A stretch of 64,000 bases of DNA from Chiloscyllium plagiosum (Eukaryota), in contig NC_057720.1 in NCBI RefSeq assembly GCF_004010195.1, positions 31,022,150 through 31,086,149 of the forward strand, written 5' to 3'. The notes under the pieces are model-generated. The model worked only from the letters and a program-made list of their open reading frames with translations, was not told where the DNA came from and ran no database searches. Below, one piece after another: positions 12,757-25,599 of this stretch. Within the stretch, counting starts at the first letter, position 1. The number at the start of each line of letters is the position of its first letter. A program made the translations under genes and the position numbers.

Positions 12757-13444
12757 AGGATCCAAAAATTGGAGTGCAGTAAATGTAATGGACCACGAAG
12801 TTGACTATGGAAGTTGCAGATCAGTGAACTGGACCAGTTCAGGATACTCTAGCCATTTGTCCATTCAAAAGATTTGAAGACTTAACTTGCTTTAAATATT
12901 AGATGTTTAAAGGATAATAAATTTCTGCAAGCTTAAAAAATTGTTGCTTGAGAAAAGGAAGTGGGTGGTAGCATCTTGATCAATACCAATGAGCTAGCCT
13001 TGATGCTGCTTTTACATAGATCAAAAATATTAAATACTTAATAAATAAGCACTGCAGTTCACAGTTTTTAAAAAATCTTTCCAATTAAGACAATTGGGAA
13101 AAGATGTTGAGAAGGTGATTTATGCTTCTATTATCATCTCTTAATTTGCATTGGCATCTGGACCATGATGATCAACTCTATCTTAACTTCTGATCATGAA
13201 ATGGTTAATATGTCATTGATTCTATGTTACTCCACATTGCTTTGTCTTTATCCTTTTCTGGAGTTTTCTGAATTGAATTCCAGTTAGCCTTTCCCTCTTT
13301 GCCATTGTCTATAATAGTATGACTTTGAACATAGAACATCGAAAATAGAACAGGACAGCACAGTACAGGGCCTTTGGCCTTCGATGTTGTGCCAATCTTT
13401 TATTCTACTCTAAGGTCAAAGTACATTGTACTATCATCCATGTG

Positions 13445-14278
13445 GTAAAAACAATGACTGCAGATGCTGGAAACCAGATTCTGGATTCGTGGTGCNNNNN
13501 NNNNNNNNNNNNNNNNNNNNNNNNNNNNNNNNNNNNNNNNNNNNNNNNNNNNNNNNNNNNNNNNNNNNNNNNNNNNNNNNNNNNNNNNNNNNNNNNNNNN
13601 NNNNNNNNNNNNNNNNNNNNNNNNNNNNNNNNNNNNNNNNNNNNNNNNNNNNNNNNNNNNNNNNNNNNNNNNNNNNNNNNNNNNNNNNNNNNNNNNNNNN
13701 NNNNNNNNNNNNNNNNNNNNNNNNNNNNNNNNNNNNNNNNNNNNNNNNNNNNNNNNNNNNNNNNNNNNNNNNNNNNNNNNNNNNNNNNNNNNNNNNNNNG
13801 CTCTGCTAGGAGGTGTCCAGTCTCCCCAATGTAGAGGAGACCGCATTGGGAGCAACGGATACAATAGATGATATTAGTGGATGTGCAGGTAGAACTTTGA
13901 TGGATGTGGAAGGCTCCTTTAGGGCCTTGGATGGAGGTGAGGGAGGAGGTGTGGGCACAGGTTTTACAGTTCCTGCGGTGGCAGGGGAAAGTGCCAGGAT
14001 GGGAGGGTGGGTTGTAGGGGGGCGTGGACCTGACCAGGTAGTCACGGAGGGAACGGTGTTTGCGGAAGGCAGAAAGGGGTGGAGAGGGAAGTATATCCCT
14101 GGTGGTGGGGTCTGTTTGGAGGTGGTGGAAATGTCGGCGGATGATTTGGTTTATGCGAAGGTTGGCAGGGTGGAAGGTGAGCACCAGGGGCGTTCTGTCC
14201 TTGTTACGGTTGGAGGGGTGGGGGTCTGAGGGCGGAGGTGCGGGATGTAGACGAGATGCGTTGGAGGGCATCTCCACT
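13445..14278 (-). mobile_element. Penelope-like (Neptune-type) element 3' part: Cys-rich linker plus GIY-YIG endonuclease
   Basis: ORF RTPLVLTFHP…GTFPCHRRNCKTC…NIIYCIRCSQCGLLYIGETG; pLTR end aaaacaatgactgcagatgctgg; spans the N-gap. Confidence 0.92.
13496..13799. other. Assembly gap (N run)
   Basis: Run of Ns. Confidence 1.
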
Positions 14279-15697
14279 TGGTTAAAGATGATATTCATTC
14301 CCACCCTGGGAAAAAGTCTCCAGCTGTCCACTCTATCTATGCCTCTCATCATCTTCTATACTTATATCAAGTCACCTTCCATCCTTCTTCGCTCCAATGA
14401 GAAAAGCCCTAGCTCCCTCAACCTTTGTTCATAATACATGCCCTCCAGTCCAGGCAGCATCCTGGTAAATCTCCTCTGCAGCCTTTCTAAAGCTTCTGCA
14501 TCCTTCCAAAAATGAGGCAACCAGAACTGAACACAATACTCCAAATGTGCTCTAACCAGGGCTTTATAGGGCTGCAGCATAATTTCACTGCATTTAAACT
14601 CAATCCCCCTGCTAATGAAACACACTTCACGCCTTCTTAACAGTCCTATCAACTTAGGTGGCGACTTTGAGGGATCTATGGACATCGATCCCAAGATCCC
14701 TCTGTTCCTCCACACTGCCAAGACTCCTGCATTTAACCCTGTAATCTGCATTTAAATGCAACCTTACAAACTGAATAAGTTCACACTTTTCTAGGTTGAA
14801 CTCCATCTGCCACTTCTCAGCCCAGCTCTGAATCCTGTCAATGTCTTATTGCAACATACAATGGCCCTCCACACAACCTACAACTCCAACAACCTTGGTG
14901 TCATTGGCAAACTTACTAACCCACCCTTCCACTTTCTTATCCAAGTCATTTATAAAAATCACAAAGAGCAGATGTCCCAGAACAGATTCCTGCGGAACAC
15001 CACTGGTCACCAAGCTCCAGGCTGAATACTTTCCATCAACTGCCACCTTCTCCCTTTTATAGGCTGGCCAATTCTGTATCCAGACAGCCAAATTTCCCTG
15101 TATACCATGTCTCCTTACTTTCTGAATGAGTCTACAATGGGGAACCTTATCAAATGCTTTGCTAAAATCCATGTACACCACATGCACTGCTCTACCTACA
15201 TATTCATTAATGTGTTTTGTTACATTCTCAAAGAATTCAGCAAAAGGCTTGTGAAGCATGACCTGCCCCTCACAAAGCCATGCTGACTATCTCTAATCAA
15301 GCTATGCTTTTCCAAATAATCATAAATCCTGTCTCTCAGAATCCTCTCCAATACCGACGTAAGACTGACTAGTCTGTAGTTCCCAGGATTACCCCATTTC
15401 CTTTCTTGCAGAAGGGAATAGCATTTGCCACCCTCCAGTCATCTGGTACTACTCCAGTGGATAGTGAGGATGCAAAGATCATCACTAAAGGCGCAGTAAT
15501 CTCTTTACTTGCTTCCCGTACAAACCTCGGGTATGCCCCATCTGGCCCAGGGAACTTATCTATCCTCATATTTTCAAACTTTCTAGCTCATCCTTCTCCT
15601 TAGCTTCAACCTGTTCGAGCATATTAGCCTCTTTCATGTTGTCTTCACAAACAACAAGGTCCCTCTCAGCTAGGAATACTGAAGCAAAGTATCAGAA

Positions 15698-16020
15698 TAG
15701 ATTAGATTTCCTACAGTGTGGAAACAGGCCCTTCGGCCCAATTAGTCCACATCGACCCTCCGAAGAGTAACCCACCCAGACTGATTCCCCACATTTACCC
15801 CTTACTAATGCACCTAACTCTATGGGCAATTTAGCATGACCAATTCACTGAACCTACACATCTTTGGACTGTGGGAGGAAACCAGAGCACCTGGAGGAAA
15901 CCCACACAGACACAGGGAGAATGTGCAAGCTCCACATAGATAGTTACCCGAGGCTGGATTCGAACTCGGGTCCCTGGTGCTGTGAGGCAGCAGTGCTAAC
16001 CACTGAACCACCGTGCTGCC
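15698..16020 (-). mobile_element. HE1-like V-SINE inserted in CR1 ORF2
   Basis: Reverse complement of the SINE at 2133; CR1 sequence resumes on both sides. Confidence 0.92.
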
Positions 16021-17654
16021 AATGACCCATTCATTAAGGACCTCCCCTACCTCCTCCAACTCCAAGCACAAGTTCCATCCATTATCCCTGATTGGCTTTA
16101 TCCTCACTCTGACCTTCCTCTTGTTCCTCACGTAAGTGTAGAACGCCTTCAAGTTTTCCTTAATCCTTCCCGCCAAGGCTTTTTCATGCTGCCTTCTAGC
16201 TCTTTTAAGTCCATTCTTCAGATCCTTCTGGCTACCTTGTAACCCTCTAGAGCCCTGTTGGATCTTTGCTTCCTTAACCTTAAGTAAGCTTTCTACTTCC
16301 TCTTGACTCAATGTTCCACATCTCTTGTCATCCAAGGTTCCTTCACCTTAACATCCCTTCCTTGCCGCAGTGGAACAAACCTATCCAGCACTCGCAATAA
16401 GTGCTATCTAAACAACCTCGACATTTCTGGCTTGTATTTCCCTGAGAATATCTGTTCCCAATTTATGCACCACAGTTCCTGCCTAATAGCATTGCAATTC
16501 CTCCTCCCACAATTAAATATTTTCCCATACCACCTGCTGCTATTCCTCTCCATGACTATAGTATAGGTCAGGGAGTTGTGATCACCAACACCAAATTGCT
16601 CTTTCACCAAGTGATCTGATACCTGACCTGGTTCGTTGCCAAGCACCAAATGCGATATGGCCTCCCCTCTAGTCTGCCTATCTATATATTGAGTCAGGAA
16701 CTCTTCCTGGACACATCTGACAAAACTGCTCCATCCAAACTATTTACATTAAGGAGGTTCCAATCAATATTAGGAAAGTTGAAGTCACCCATAACAACAA
16801 TCTTGTTACTTCTGTACCTTCCCAAAATCTGCCTCACAATCTGCTCCTCTTTCCTGTATTTCTGATGCTAATTGGGGGGGTGAGTGGGGGGTAGGGGGAG
16901 GTTCTATAGAAAACTCCCAATCAAGTGACTGCTCAATTTTTTCCAAAATGACTCTATGATGATCTCCCTTTCTGCAGCTATTATATTATCCATGATTAGT
17001 TATGCCACCCCCCCATCTCTTTTACCTCCTTCCCAATTCCTTTTGAAACAACAAACATTCCTGCCTCTGTGATATCGACGTCTCTGTAGTGGCCACAACA
17101 TCGTAGCTCCAAGTACTGATCCATGCTCTTTGCTCATCACACTTATTCCTGACACTTCTTGTGTTAAAATAGACACACTTCAACCCATCACACTGACTGC
17201 AACTTTGCCCTATCAACGGTCTATCCTTCCTCACAGACTCTCGGCCTGTTCCCCAGCTACCCCTCCTCTGATCGTAGCTCTGGTTCCCATCCCCCTGCCA
17301 ATCTAGATTAAACCCTCTTGAAGAGTTGTAGTAAACCTCCCGTCCAGGATATTGGTGCCCCTCCAGTTCAGGTACAACCCATCCTCCTTGTACAAGTTCC
17401 ACCTTCCCCAGCAGGTATCCCAGTGATCCACATATCTGAAGCCCTCCCTCCTACACCAGCCCTGCAGCCAGGTGTTCAGCTGCACTCGCTCTCTGTTCCT
17501 AACCTCACCAGCACGTGGCACTGGTAGCAATCCTGAGATTACTACCTAACTCCCTATATTCACTTTTCAGGTCCTCAGTTCTTTTCCTAGCTATGTCATT
17601 GGCACCGATATGTACAACAACTTTTGACCCTCCTCCTTAAGAATCCCACTAACA

Positions 17655-18001
17655 TAGAATCCCTACACTGTGGAAACAGACCCTTTGGCCCAACAAGTCT
17701 GCACCGACCCTCCGAAGAGTATCCCACCCAGACCCGTTCCTCTACCCTTTTACTCTACATATCCCCTGACTAATGCACCTAACCTACACACCCTGAACAC
17801 TATGGGTAATTTAGCATGGCCAAATCACCGAACCTGCATATCTTTGGATTGTGGGAGGAAACTGGACCACCCGGAGGAAACCCATGCAGAAACAGGGAGA
17901 ATGTGCAAACCCCACACAGACAGCTGCCCGAGGCAGGGAACAAACCTGGGTCCATGGTGCTGTGAGGCAGCAGTGCTAACCGCTGAGCCACCCTGCCACC
18001 C
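17655..18001 (-). mobile_element. HE1-like V-SINE inserted in CR1 ORF1
   Basis: Reverse-complement SINE; gaatcc on both flanks. Confidence 0.92.
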
Positions 18002-18614
18002 CGAATCCTGTAGACTCGATCCAAGACATCCCTGACCCCGGCACCCGGGAGGCAACATATCATCCTGGAGTCTCATTCACAACCACAAAATCCCCTGTCT
18101 GTTCCTCTAACCATTGAATCTATCACTATTACTCTCCTCTTTCCTTCTGAGCCACAGAACCAGGCTCAGTGCCAGAGATCTGACCACTGTGACTTTCCCC
18201 TGGTAGGTCATTTCCCCCCCAATAGTATCCAAAATGGTATACTTATTATTGAGAGAAATGGCCATTTCCCTCTCCTAATGGTCACCCAGCTTTATACTGT
18301 AACTTAGGTGTGACTACCTTCTTATAATTTGTCTCTATTACCCCCTCAGCCACCTGAATGATCCGAAGTTCATCTGGCTCCAATTCCAGTTACCTAATGC
18401 AGTCTGTGAGAAGCCACTACCAGAATATGTTTGTTCATTTACCCAGCCATCCCCATGTCTACTTTAGCTCCTTTTCAGTCTCTGCTCCACTGATTCACGA
18501 GGTAAGTATTTTGTATTTAAATTAACTTTCCCGGCTGGTCCCTGGTTCGTGCTGTCTTGACTCTGTTGCTGAAATGGATTGATACAGAAATTTTCAACAG
18601 AGTTCAATTTTCGA

Positions 18615-19040
18615 GTCAGAGACTCAGAGAGGTTTGCAGCACTGAAAAAGGTCCTTTGGCTCATTGAGTCTGCACCAGTCAAAATCCAGTCTGAATTATT
18701 GTAATCTCCCTTTCCAGCACCTGGCTTCTAGACTTGTATGCCTTGGCATCGCAAGTGTACATCTAAATATGTCATAAATGTAATAAGGGTTTCTGCCTCC
18801 AACACCTTGACAGGTAATGTGTTCCAGATTCCCAGCACTTACTGGCTGAATGCATTTTTTTCCTCATACCACTTGTAAACCTCCTGCCACTTACCTTAAA
18901 TCTATGTTCCCCCAGTCATTGGTCCTTCAACCAAGAAGGTAAAGTTCTATACTGTCTCTCGATATGTATGCCTTTCATAATTATTTCATCCTGATCATGT
19001 TCTCCCCCCAGTCTCCTCTTCTCCAAGGACAAACCTGTCG
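18615..19040 (-). mobile_element. Old CR1 3' fragment
   Basis: Minus-strand LSLEKRRLGG and a CR1-type 3' UTR. Confidence 0.7.
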
Positions 19041-20019
19041 GCGAATCACAGAATGGCAGATGTATAAGATTATTCAGCCCATCTGAACATATCACCAAAA
19101 ACATCCTACAGTCCCTCAATTTTAACGTCTAATTGAATTATCCCAGTATTTACCCTTTGTTCAAAAGTCCATTCTGAGTGTTGATCATGCTTTGTGTGAA
19201 CTTCCTGATATTAGATTCTTACATCTATGGCTCCCTGGCTATAGTGATTTCCCTCTCTGCAGGTACATGTTGTATTGTTTGCTTCTTGCCTTTTCACAAA
19301 ATGACTCTGCTTTAAATCCAAAATGAAATATTTATCCAATCTAACATCATAGAACATGTCACATACTCTCATATTTTGCAAACCCACTTTGGGTGTACTC
19401 TAAATACTCTTATCTTGACTCCAACCATAGCAGATGCATAATCTATTCAGTCCATCAATATCTATACTGACTACTCTATTGATCTAGATGAAAGGTCAGC
19501 AACCATTGTAACAAGAAAAAACATTTTAAAGCTTAGTCAACCCCACACAAGATTGCAGGAGCTAATAGGAGATTAGTCAAATGTTAATAATTAAATCAAA
19601 ACAGAGACATTTCCACAATATTTTAAAGATTTTAACTCAAAATTTATTTATTAAGTGAGTACGACTTAAATGATGTTTAAGAAAATGAAACAAGCCATTT
19701 GCCTACCTTCAAAATGGGTTTGATTGTCCAATATAAAGAGGTAGACCTGGATCTTCCATGGGCCATATGTAATTCCAGTTGCTGACCTTGTTCTAGACTA
19801 CGAAAATCTTATTTCAATCTTATTCCTTTATTCTTTCTGCATTGATCTGTGATCTAGAATCTTTCCAAAACACTGCTGCCCCATATCCTTCTTGAACAAT
19901 TACTTGTCATTCTTGCACTTTGCACAATTGTGCTGCTAAGGCATACAAGACTATTGGCCAAGTATTGGAAAATGGATTAGAATAGTTAAGCTCTGTGCTA
20001 TATGCCTCTATGACTCTGT

Positions 20020-20345
20020 TGTTCCTGGTTAAGCAACACCTCAATTTGGAAGTTCTCATTCTTGTCTTTAAACCCTCCCTAAACTTCTCTGACCCTGCAA
20101 ACATCTGAGATAGCTGCATTTTTCCAATTCTGCTCTGTCAGTCATACTGATTTTTATTTACATTTTCATTGATGGCTGAGCCTTCTACTGCCAAGGCTCT
20201 AAACTTAGCACCCTTCCCTGAACCTCTCTGTCTGCAGCTTAAGTTTACTGCTCACCATTCTACAAAGTGTCAAACTTTGTTTCATAATGCTCCAGTGAAG
20301 CACCTTGAAGTGATTTGTTATTTATTATGTTACAGACCATATGTT
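20020..20345 (+). mobile_element. L2-type LINE 3' end, decayed
   Basis: …ttctcattcttgtctttaaa…gctccagtgaagcaccttg… tail, similar to 41040-41410. Confidence 0.55.
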
Positions 20346-20682
20346 GCCAATTGTTCATTTCTGGTTATGTATTTTTATTAAATGCACTTGGGAATTCTAG
20401 CATTTTGACCAAATGAAAATGTCATGGGTAGTGGTTAGATTGTCTCATTTTGGAATTGGTCATTGCCTAGCACTTTTGTGATGCAAATGTTCCTTGTTTT
20501 TTTTTAAACCCAAGGCATGTTATCCAGGTTTTGCTGTATTTGGACATGGACTGGTTCATTATCTGAGGAGTCACAAATGGTGCTGAACATTGTGCAATGT
20601 GAATGTCCCTCCTTAGGATAGAAAGAAGGTCTTTGATGAAGCAGCTGGAGATGGATAGGCCTAGGACACTACCCTGAAAAAC

Positions 20683-21312
20683 TCATAGTGCCATAGAGAT
20701 ATACAGCACAGAAACAGACCCTTCAGTCCAACTCATCCATGCCAACCAGATATCCTAAATAAATCTAGTCCCATTTACCAGCATTTGGTCTGTATCCCTC
20801 TAAGCCCTTCCTATTCATATACCTATCCAGATGTTTTAAATGTTGCAATTATACCAGCCTCCACAACTTCTTCTGGCTCATTCTATACACATACCGCCCT
20901 CTGCATGATTACACTGCCTCTAAGGTCCCTTTTAAATATTTCGCCTCTTAAGCCTATGCCCTCGAGCTTTGGACTCCCACACCTCCCACCCTATCCATGT
21001 CCCTCATGATTTTATAAACCTCTACAAGGTCAACACTTATCCTCCAACACCAGAAAAAACAGCCCTAGCCTATTCAACCTCTCCCTATAGTTAAAACCCT
21101 CAAAACCTGGCAAAATTCTTGTAAATCTTTTCTGAACCCTTTCAAGTTTCACAATATCCTTCCTATAACAGTGAGATCAGAATTGAATGTAGCATTCCAA
21201 AAGTGGCTTAAAAATGGCCTGTATAGCTGCAACATGACCTCCCAACTCCTATACTCAAAACACTGACCAATAAAAGCAAACATACAAAATGCCTTTTCCA
21301 CTATCCTATCTA
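20683..21312 (-). mobile_element. CR1/HER1 3' fragment
   Basis: Reverse complement of the 1-280 / 30300-31053 family. Confidence 0.88.
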
Positions 21313-21632
21313 CAGAATCCCTACAGTGTGGAAACTAGTCATTCAGTCCAACAAGCCTACACTGACCCTCCAAAGAGTAACCCACCCAAACTCATGTCCC
21401 TAACTAATGCACCTAACCGACACATCTCTGAACACTATAGGCAATTTAGCATGGCCAGTTCACCTAACCCGCACATCTTTGGACTGTGGGAGGAAACCAA
21501 AACACCTGGAAGAAACCCACACAGACATAGGAAGAATGTGCAAACTCCAGAGAGTTGCCCGAGGTTGGAATCAAACCCCAGCCCCTGGTGCTGAGAGGCA
21601 GCAGTGCTAACTACAGAGCCACCGTGCCACCC
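21313..21632 (-). mobile_element. HE1-like V-SINE
   Basis: Reverse-complement SINE ending accgtgccaccc. Confidence 0.9.
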
Positions 21633-21954
21633 CTAGCTGCAGCTCCAGTTTTAAGGGACTGTGAACCTGCACCTAGAGCTGAGATGATTGACGTCCAGCA
21701 ATCACAATCATCTGCCAATGTGCCAGGTATGACTCTGACCAGTGGAGAGCCTTTTCCCTGTTTGCTTTTGACCCAGCTTTTGCTGGGACTCCTTGATGCT
21801 GAACTCGGTCATATCTTGCATCAAGACCTATCAATCTCACATCACCATGATGTACAGAGGTTGTGCAGGCCTTTTATCAGCTGTGGTTGCTACTTTGGAC
21901 AAGATATGGTCAACTCCTTGCAAGCTCCTGCGTGCAGATTTAAGTTTCCTATTT

Positions 21955-22148
21955 CCTACAATCGTTCTACACTCTTTGAATTTAATAGCATGCTTTTAAC
22001 ATTCGTCTGTACTTGTGTTTTTGATTTTACCTCTGTTTACCTATTATTTACTATCTATGCTACTTAACTCTGTGATCTGCCTGTATTGCTCGCAAGACAA
22101 AGCTTTTCACTGTGCTTCGGTACATGTGACAATAAATTCAATTCAATA
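21955..22148 (+). mobile_element. Rex1/Babar-like LINE 3' tail
   Basis: gcttttcactgtgcttcggtacatgtgacaataaa plus (ttcaa)n terminus. Confidence 0.6.
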
Positions 22149-23299
22149 ACTTTAGGTACCAATGACTGACCATCCTCCCTTTTGCCTCAAAGGTTCATAT
22201 CATATTTCATTACTACAGAATAGAATAAATTGTACTGACACATCACTAGTAAGTTTGCATTGTCATGTATTATCTTCAAGCAGAGCTTCTATTTAATCAT
22301 TACTTGTTACAATAGAACTTCCTTTCTATTTTATGTCTATTAATTGGCTGTGGGTATACAATTGCTAACTATATACAATCAACATTGGCTTCATGATTTG
22401 GAAAAAATCTTTCACTTCCTGCTAAGGGAGAGGATGTAGGTGTGTGCAGATGGAAAAAGATATTTAATTATGTTTTTAATGTAGCATTGTGAAGAAAATT
22501 ACTGGCTCTGGTGATGACTCTTCAGAAGCCTGGAAAGTACACTGTGGAACAATTTGATGGGAGTAATGGTCTTCATTACAGAAATGAGATAGCAAGTTAT
22601 TTTATCTTCTCCAATTAACACTTCCACAAATTATTTGACTTCCTTGTCATTTTATTTCAGTTCATTGTCATAATTTATCTCAGAGTTCTAACTTCTGTTG
22701 CTCCTTTGATAACCTCAGCAAAATTTCCTTTCCATTGCTGCATTGCAAATGTTCCAAGAAATGAATTTGGGAAAAGTTTAGTCTTTGAGAAGTGCTGAGG
22801 GACCCATCTTGTTTCTGCTGCTGGGAGAGTTGGCATTCATTATCTTTTCTCAACAGCCATGAATAGTATTTGCTTGCTGACTGTGATTAATTCAAATTCT
22901 AAATGATTATTCAGAGTTAGACCTGAAGATTTGCTACTTAGCACTGCTTTAAATGAGCATTTGTGTTGGCTGATCATAGTTCAATCAACTCACAAGGCAT
23001 TTTGTTAATCATTATTAAAAACATGATAACCTCTCATTATCAATTTTAATCAGATTATATTTACCATAAAATTAACACAGTTAAAAACTATGACCACTTA
23101 GAAAATCTTTTCATTGACAATTATGTATTCGATATTGTCTGTTGTAAACATGCCTTTTTGGTTTAGTGTGAATGTTTATTATGAGGAAAGGTATTTCAAA
23201 ATCAGTTTTGTTGCTGATTTTAAAATTTCATTTTAGGACACGTTTTTTAAAGTTTTTGGTTAAGCACTGCATAAAAGTTAATAAAAGTTAGTGGGAGCT

Positions 23300-23620
23300 T
23301 GGATAAAAATCGACTAAGGGACAGAAAATTGTGAGTTATGGTTAATGGCTGTTTTTCAGGCTGTACAATAGTAAACAGTCACATTCTCCAAAGGTCAAAG
23401 TTCAGATCATTACGTTTTTTCATGTATTTGATATTGGAATTCAGAGTAAATTTGATGATGGTAACAAACTTGGGGGCATGGTAAACATTGAGAATGACAC
23501 CAATCAATGATAGAGAATAGATGGATTAACAGGTTGAACAGACAAGTGACAGATAGGATTGAATAGAGAAGTATGTGGTATGCATTTTGGCAGAAGGTGT
23601 AAGAAGAGGCAATATGGATT
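23300..23620 (+). mobile_element. Decayed CR1 RT fragment
   Basis: tttgatgatggtaacaaacttggggg (FxDDTKLGG-like) and tgcattttggcagaagg (HFGR). Confidence 0.6.
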
Positions 23621-23626
23621 TAATGA

Positions 23627-23815
23627 ATCATAGAATTCCTGCAGTATAGAAGCAGGCCATTCAGCCCATTGAATCCACACTGACTCTCTGAGTAGCATCA
23701 CACCCAGACCCACCTCAACTATCCTATCCCCGTAATTCTGCACTTCCCATGGCTAATCCACTTAGCCTGCACATCCCTGGACACTTTGGGCAACTTAATT
23801 CCTACACAGATGTCC
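23627..23815 (-). mobile_element. Partial V-SINE
   Basis: Tail and central parts match the SINE at 61395-61835. Confidence 0.75.
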
Positions 23816-24370
23816 CGGAGCTCAGTTGGGTGTCAAATAGCCATTGCCACCTCCTTTTGTGCCAGGTATGATTCTGACCAGTGAAGAACTTTTCCCTGAT
23901 TTCATTGCCTACAGCTTTACTAGGACTCCTTGATGCCACATTCAGTCAACTATCGCCATGAAGTCAAGGCACGTCATTCTCACCTCACCTCTGGAATTCA
24001 GCACTTTTGTCCATGGTTGGACCAAGTTTCTAATGTGATCTGGAGCTGAATGGAACCAGCTGAACCACCTGATGAAGGAGCGTCGCTCCAAAAGCTAGTG
24101 CTTCCAATTAAACCTGTTAGACTATAACCTGGTGTTGTGTGATTTTTAACCAAGCATTGTCATTTGTCATGGAATGCTTGGCTCCTCCACTTTTGAGGCT
24201 AAAAATATTTGTGGAGCCTCCACCTCCTTTTAGTAGTTTAACTGTTCATTGTTATTCAGGACTGGATGTGGCAGGACTGGAGAGTGTAGATCTGGTCCAT
24301 TGCTTGTCCCTGCCTGTTGCATGTTTCGGCCATGGTTTGGCACACACATGCTGTAGCTTCATAACACTGA
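23815..24370 (-). mobile_element. CR1-group family B fragment
   Basis: Similar to 21670-21850 (gccaggtatga…gaccagtg…ggactccttgatgc). Confidence 0.6.
24066..24150 (+). mobile_element. Short PLE-type terminal fragment carrying a minimal hammerhead
   Basis: CAC-CUGAUGA-A-GGAGC(GUC)GCUCC-AAAA-GC-UA-GUG followed by aattaaacctgttagactataacctggtgttgtg. Confidence 0.7.
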
Positions 24371-24419
24371 CACCTCACTTTTACTTATCTAGAGTCACAT
24401 GTAGGCCAGATAAGATAAG

Positions 24420-24632
24420 GATAATATATTGCCTTTCATAAAGGACATTAGTGAACCAGGTGAGTTTCTAACAACAATTGATGATGATTATATGGTTACC
24501 ATTAGGCTAGCTTTTATTTCCAGATCTTATTGAATTCAAGTTTCCCCGTCTGTTGGAATTGGAACACATGTCTCTGGAGCAATAGCCTGTAATTCTAGAT
24601 TAATAAATCAATGACATGACCAGCTCACCACC
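24420..24632 (-). mobile_element. Old tRNA-headed SINE (possibly DeuSINE/SacSINE-like)
   Basis: Minus strand ggtggtgagctggtcatgtcattg…gacatgtgttccaattcc resembles A/B boxes; highly decayed. Confidence 0.4.
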
Positions 24633-24917
24633 TCTTCCATTGTGTTGTTCACTTTGAAGTAAGGAAGAATGAGGGATGATTTGATAAAGATGTAGAAGAT
24701 AATGAAAGATGGGCAGAATAAAATTGTTCTCATTAATTGATGTTGCAAGAACTAAGGGACACAGGTTTAAGATTTGGGCATGTGATCCAGAGGAATGTGA
24801 GGAAAAAATTTTAACGGAGTAACTGACAATGATAGGGAACAGTCTATCTCATAGGGTGAAGAGGCAGAGACTGTTCAATAATTCCAATAGGAGATTAGAT
24901 TGGCACTTGAAATAAAC

Positions 24918-25053
24918 AGGAGAAAGTGAGGTCTGCAGATGCTGGAGATCAAAGTTGAAACTTTATTGCTGGAACAGCACAGCAGGTCAGGCAGCATCCA
25001 GGGAACAGGAGATTCGACGTTTCGGGCACAGGCCCTTCTTCAGGAATGAGCAG
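24918..25053 (-). mobile_element. Penelope-like pLTR fragment
   Basis: aggagaaagtgaggtctgcagatgctggag…gacgtttcgggcacaggcccttcttcaggaatgag. Confidence 0.88.
25012..25047 (-). ncRNA. Minimal type I hammerhead ribozyme (intact core)
   Basis: AUUC-CUGAAGA-A-GGGC(CUGU)GCCC-GAAA-CG-UC-GAAU; palindromic ACGU stem III. Confidence 0.7.
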
Positions 25054-25599
25054 CAATGACATGACCAGCTCACCACCTCTTCCATTGTGTTGTTCACTTT
25101 GAAGTAAGGAAGAATGAGGGATGATTTGATAAAGATGTAGAAGATAATGAAAGATGGACAGAATAAAATTGTTCTCATTAATTGATGTTGCAAGAACTAA
25201 GGGACACAGGTTTAAGATTTGGGCATGTGATCCAGAGGAATGTGAGGAAGAATTTTTAACGGAGTAACTGACAATGATAGGGAACAGTCTATCTCATAGG
25301 GTGAAGAGGCAGAGACTGTTCAATAATTCCAATAGGAGATTAGATTGGCACTTGAAATAAACAAACATGCAGGGCTGAGGGTACAGTGGACTTAGTAGGG
25401 GGAATGGAAATGATCGATGTGCAGAAAGCTATCATGGACTTGATAGGCAGAACGTTTGCCTTCTGTGCCATAATTATACCATGAGTTTAGGAACGTCATT
25501 GATAAAAATAAATAAAATATCTGAGTAAATGCTGTGGAAATTGGTAAAATAAAGCATTTTTCATTTTGAAACATTGTAAAACAGGAAAATGAGCTTAGC

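Larger units (their letters stand above)
13325..18600 (-). mobile_element. Near full-length CR1/HER1 LINE pseudo-copy: ORF1 (SGNH esterase) plus ORF2 (APE endonuclease and RT)
   Basis: ORF1 LPVPRAGEVRNRERVQLNTWLQGWCRREGF…DGLYLN; APE LKCVYFNTRSVRNK, GDHNSL; RT YMDFSKAFDKVPH, SGVPQESVLG, KFANDTK; 3' UTR at 13325. Confidence 0.93.
20440..21850 (-). mobile_element. CR1-group family B fragment split by nested CR1 and SINE
   Basis: 20440-20682 is reverse-similar to 62820-62990; continues at ~21660-21850. Confidence 0.65.
24609..25363 (+). repeat. 310 bp near-identical direct duplication flanking a PLE fragment
   Basis: 24609-24918 and 25054-25363 differ at about three positions. Confidence 0.95.

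Noticed and set aside
13400..13871. Long ORFs of 127-315 aa around 13.4-13.9 kb
   Set aside because: Their length is inflated by the N-gap; only the PLE GIY-YIG segment is real.
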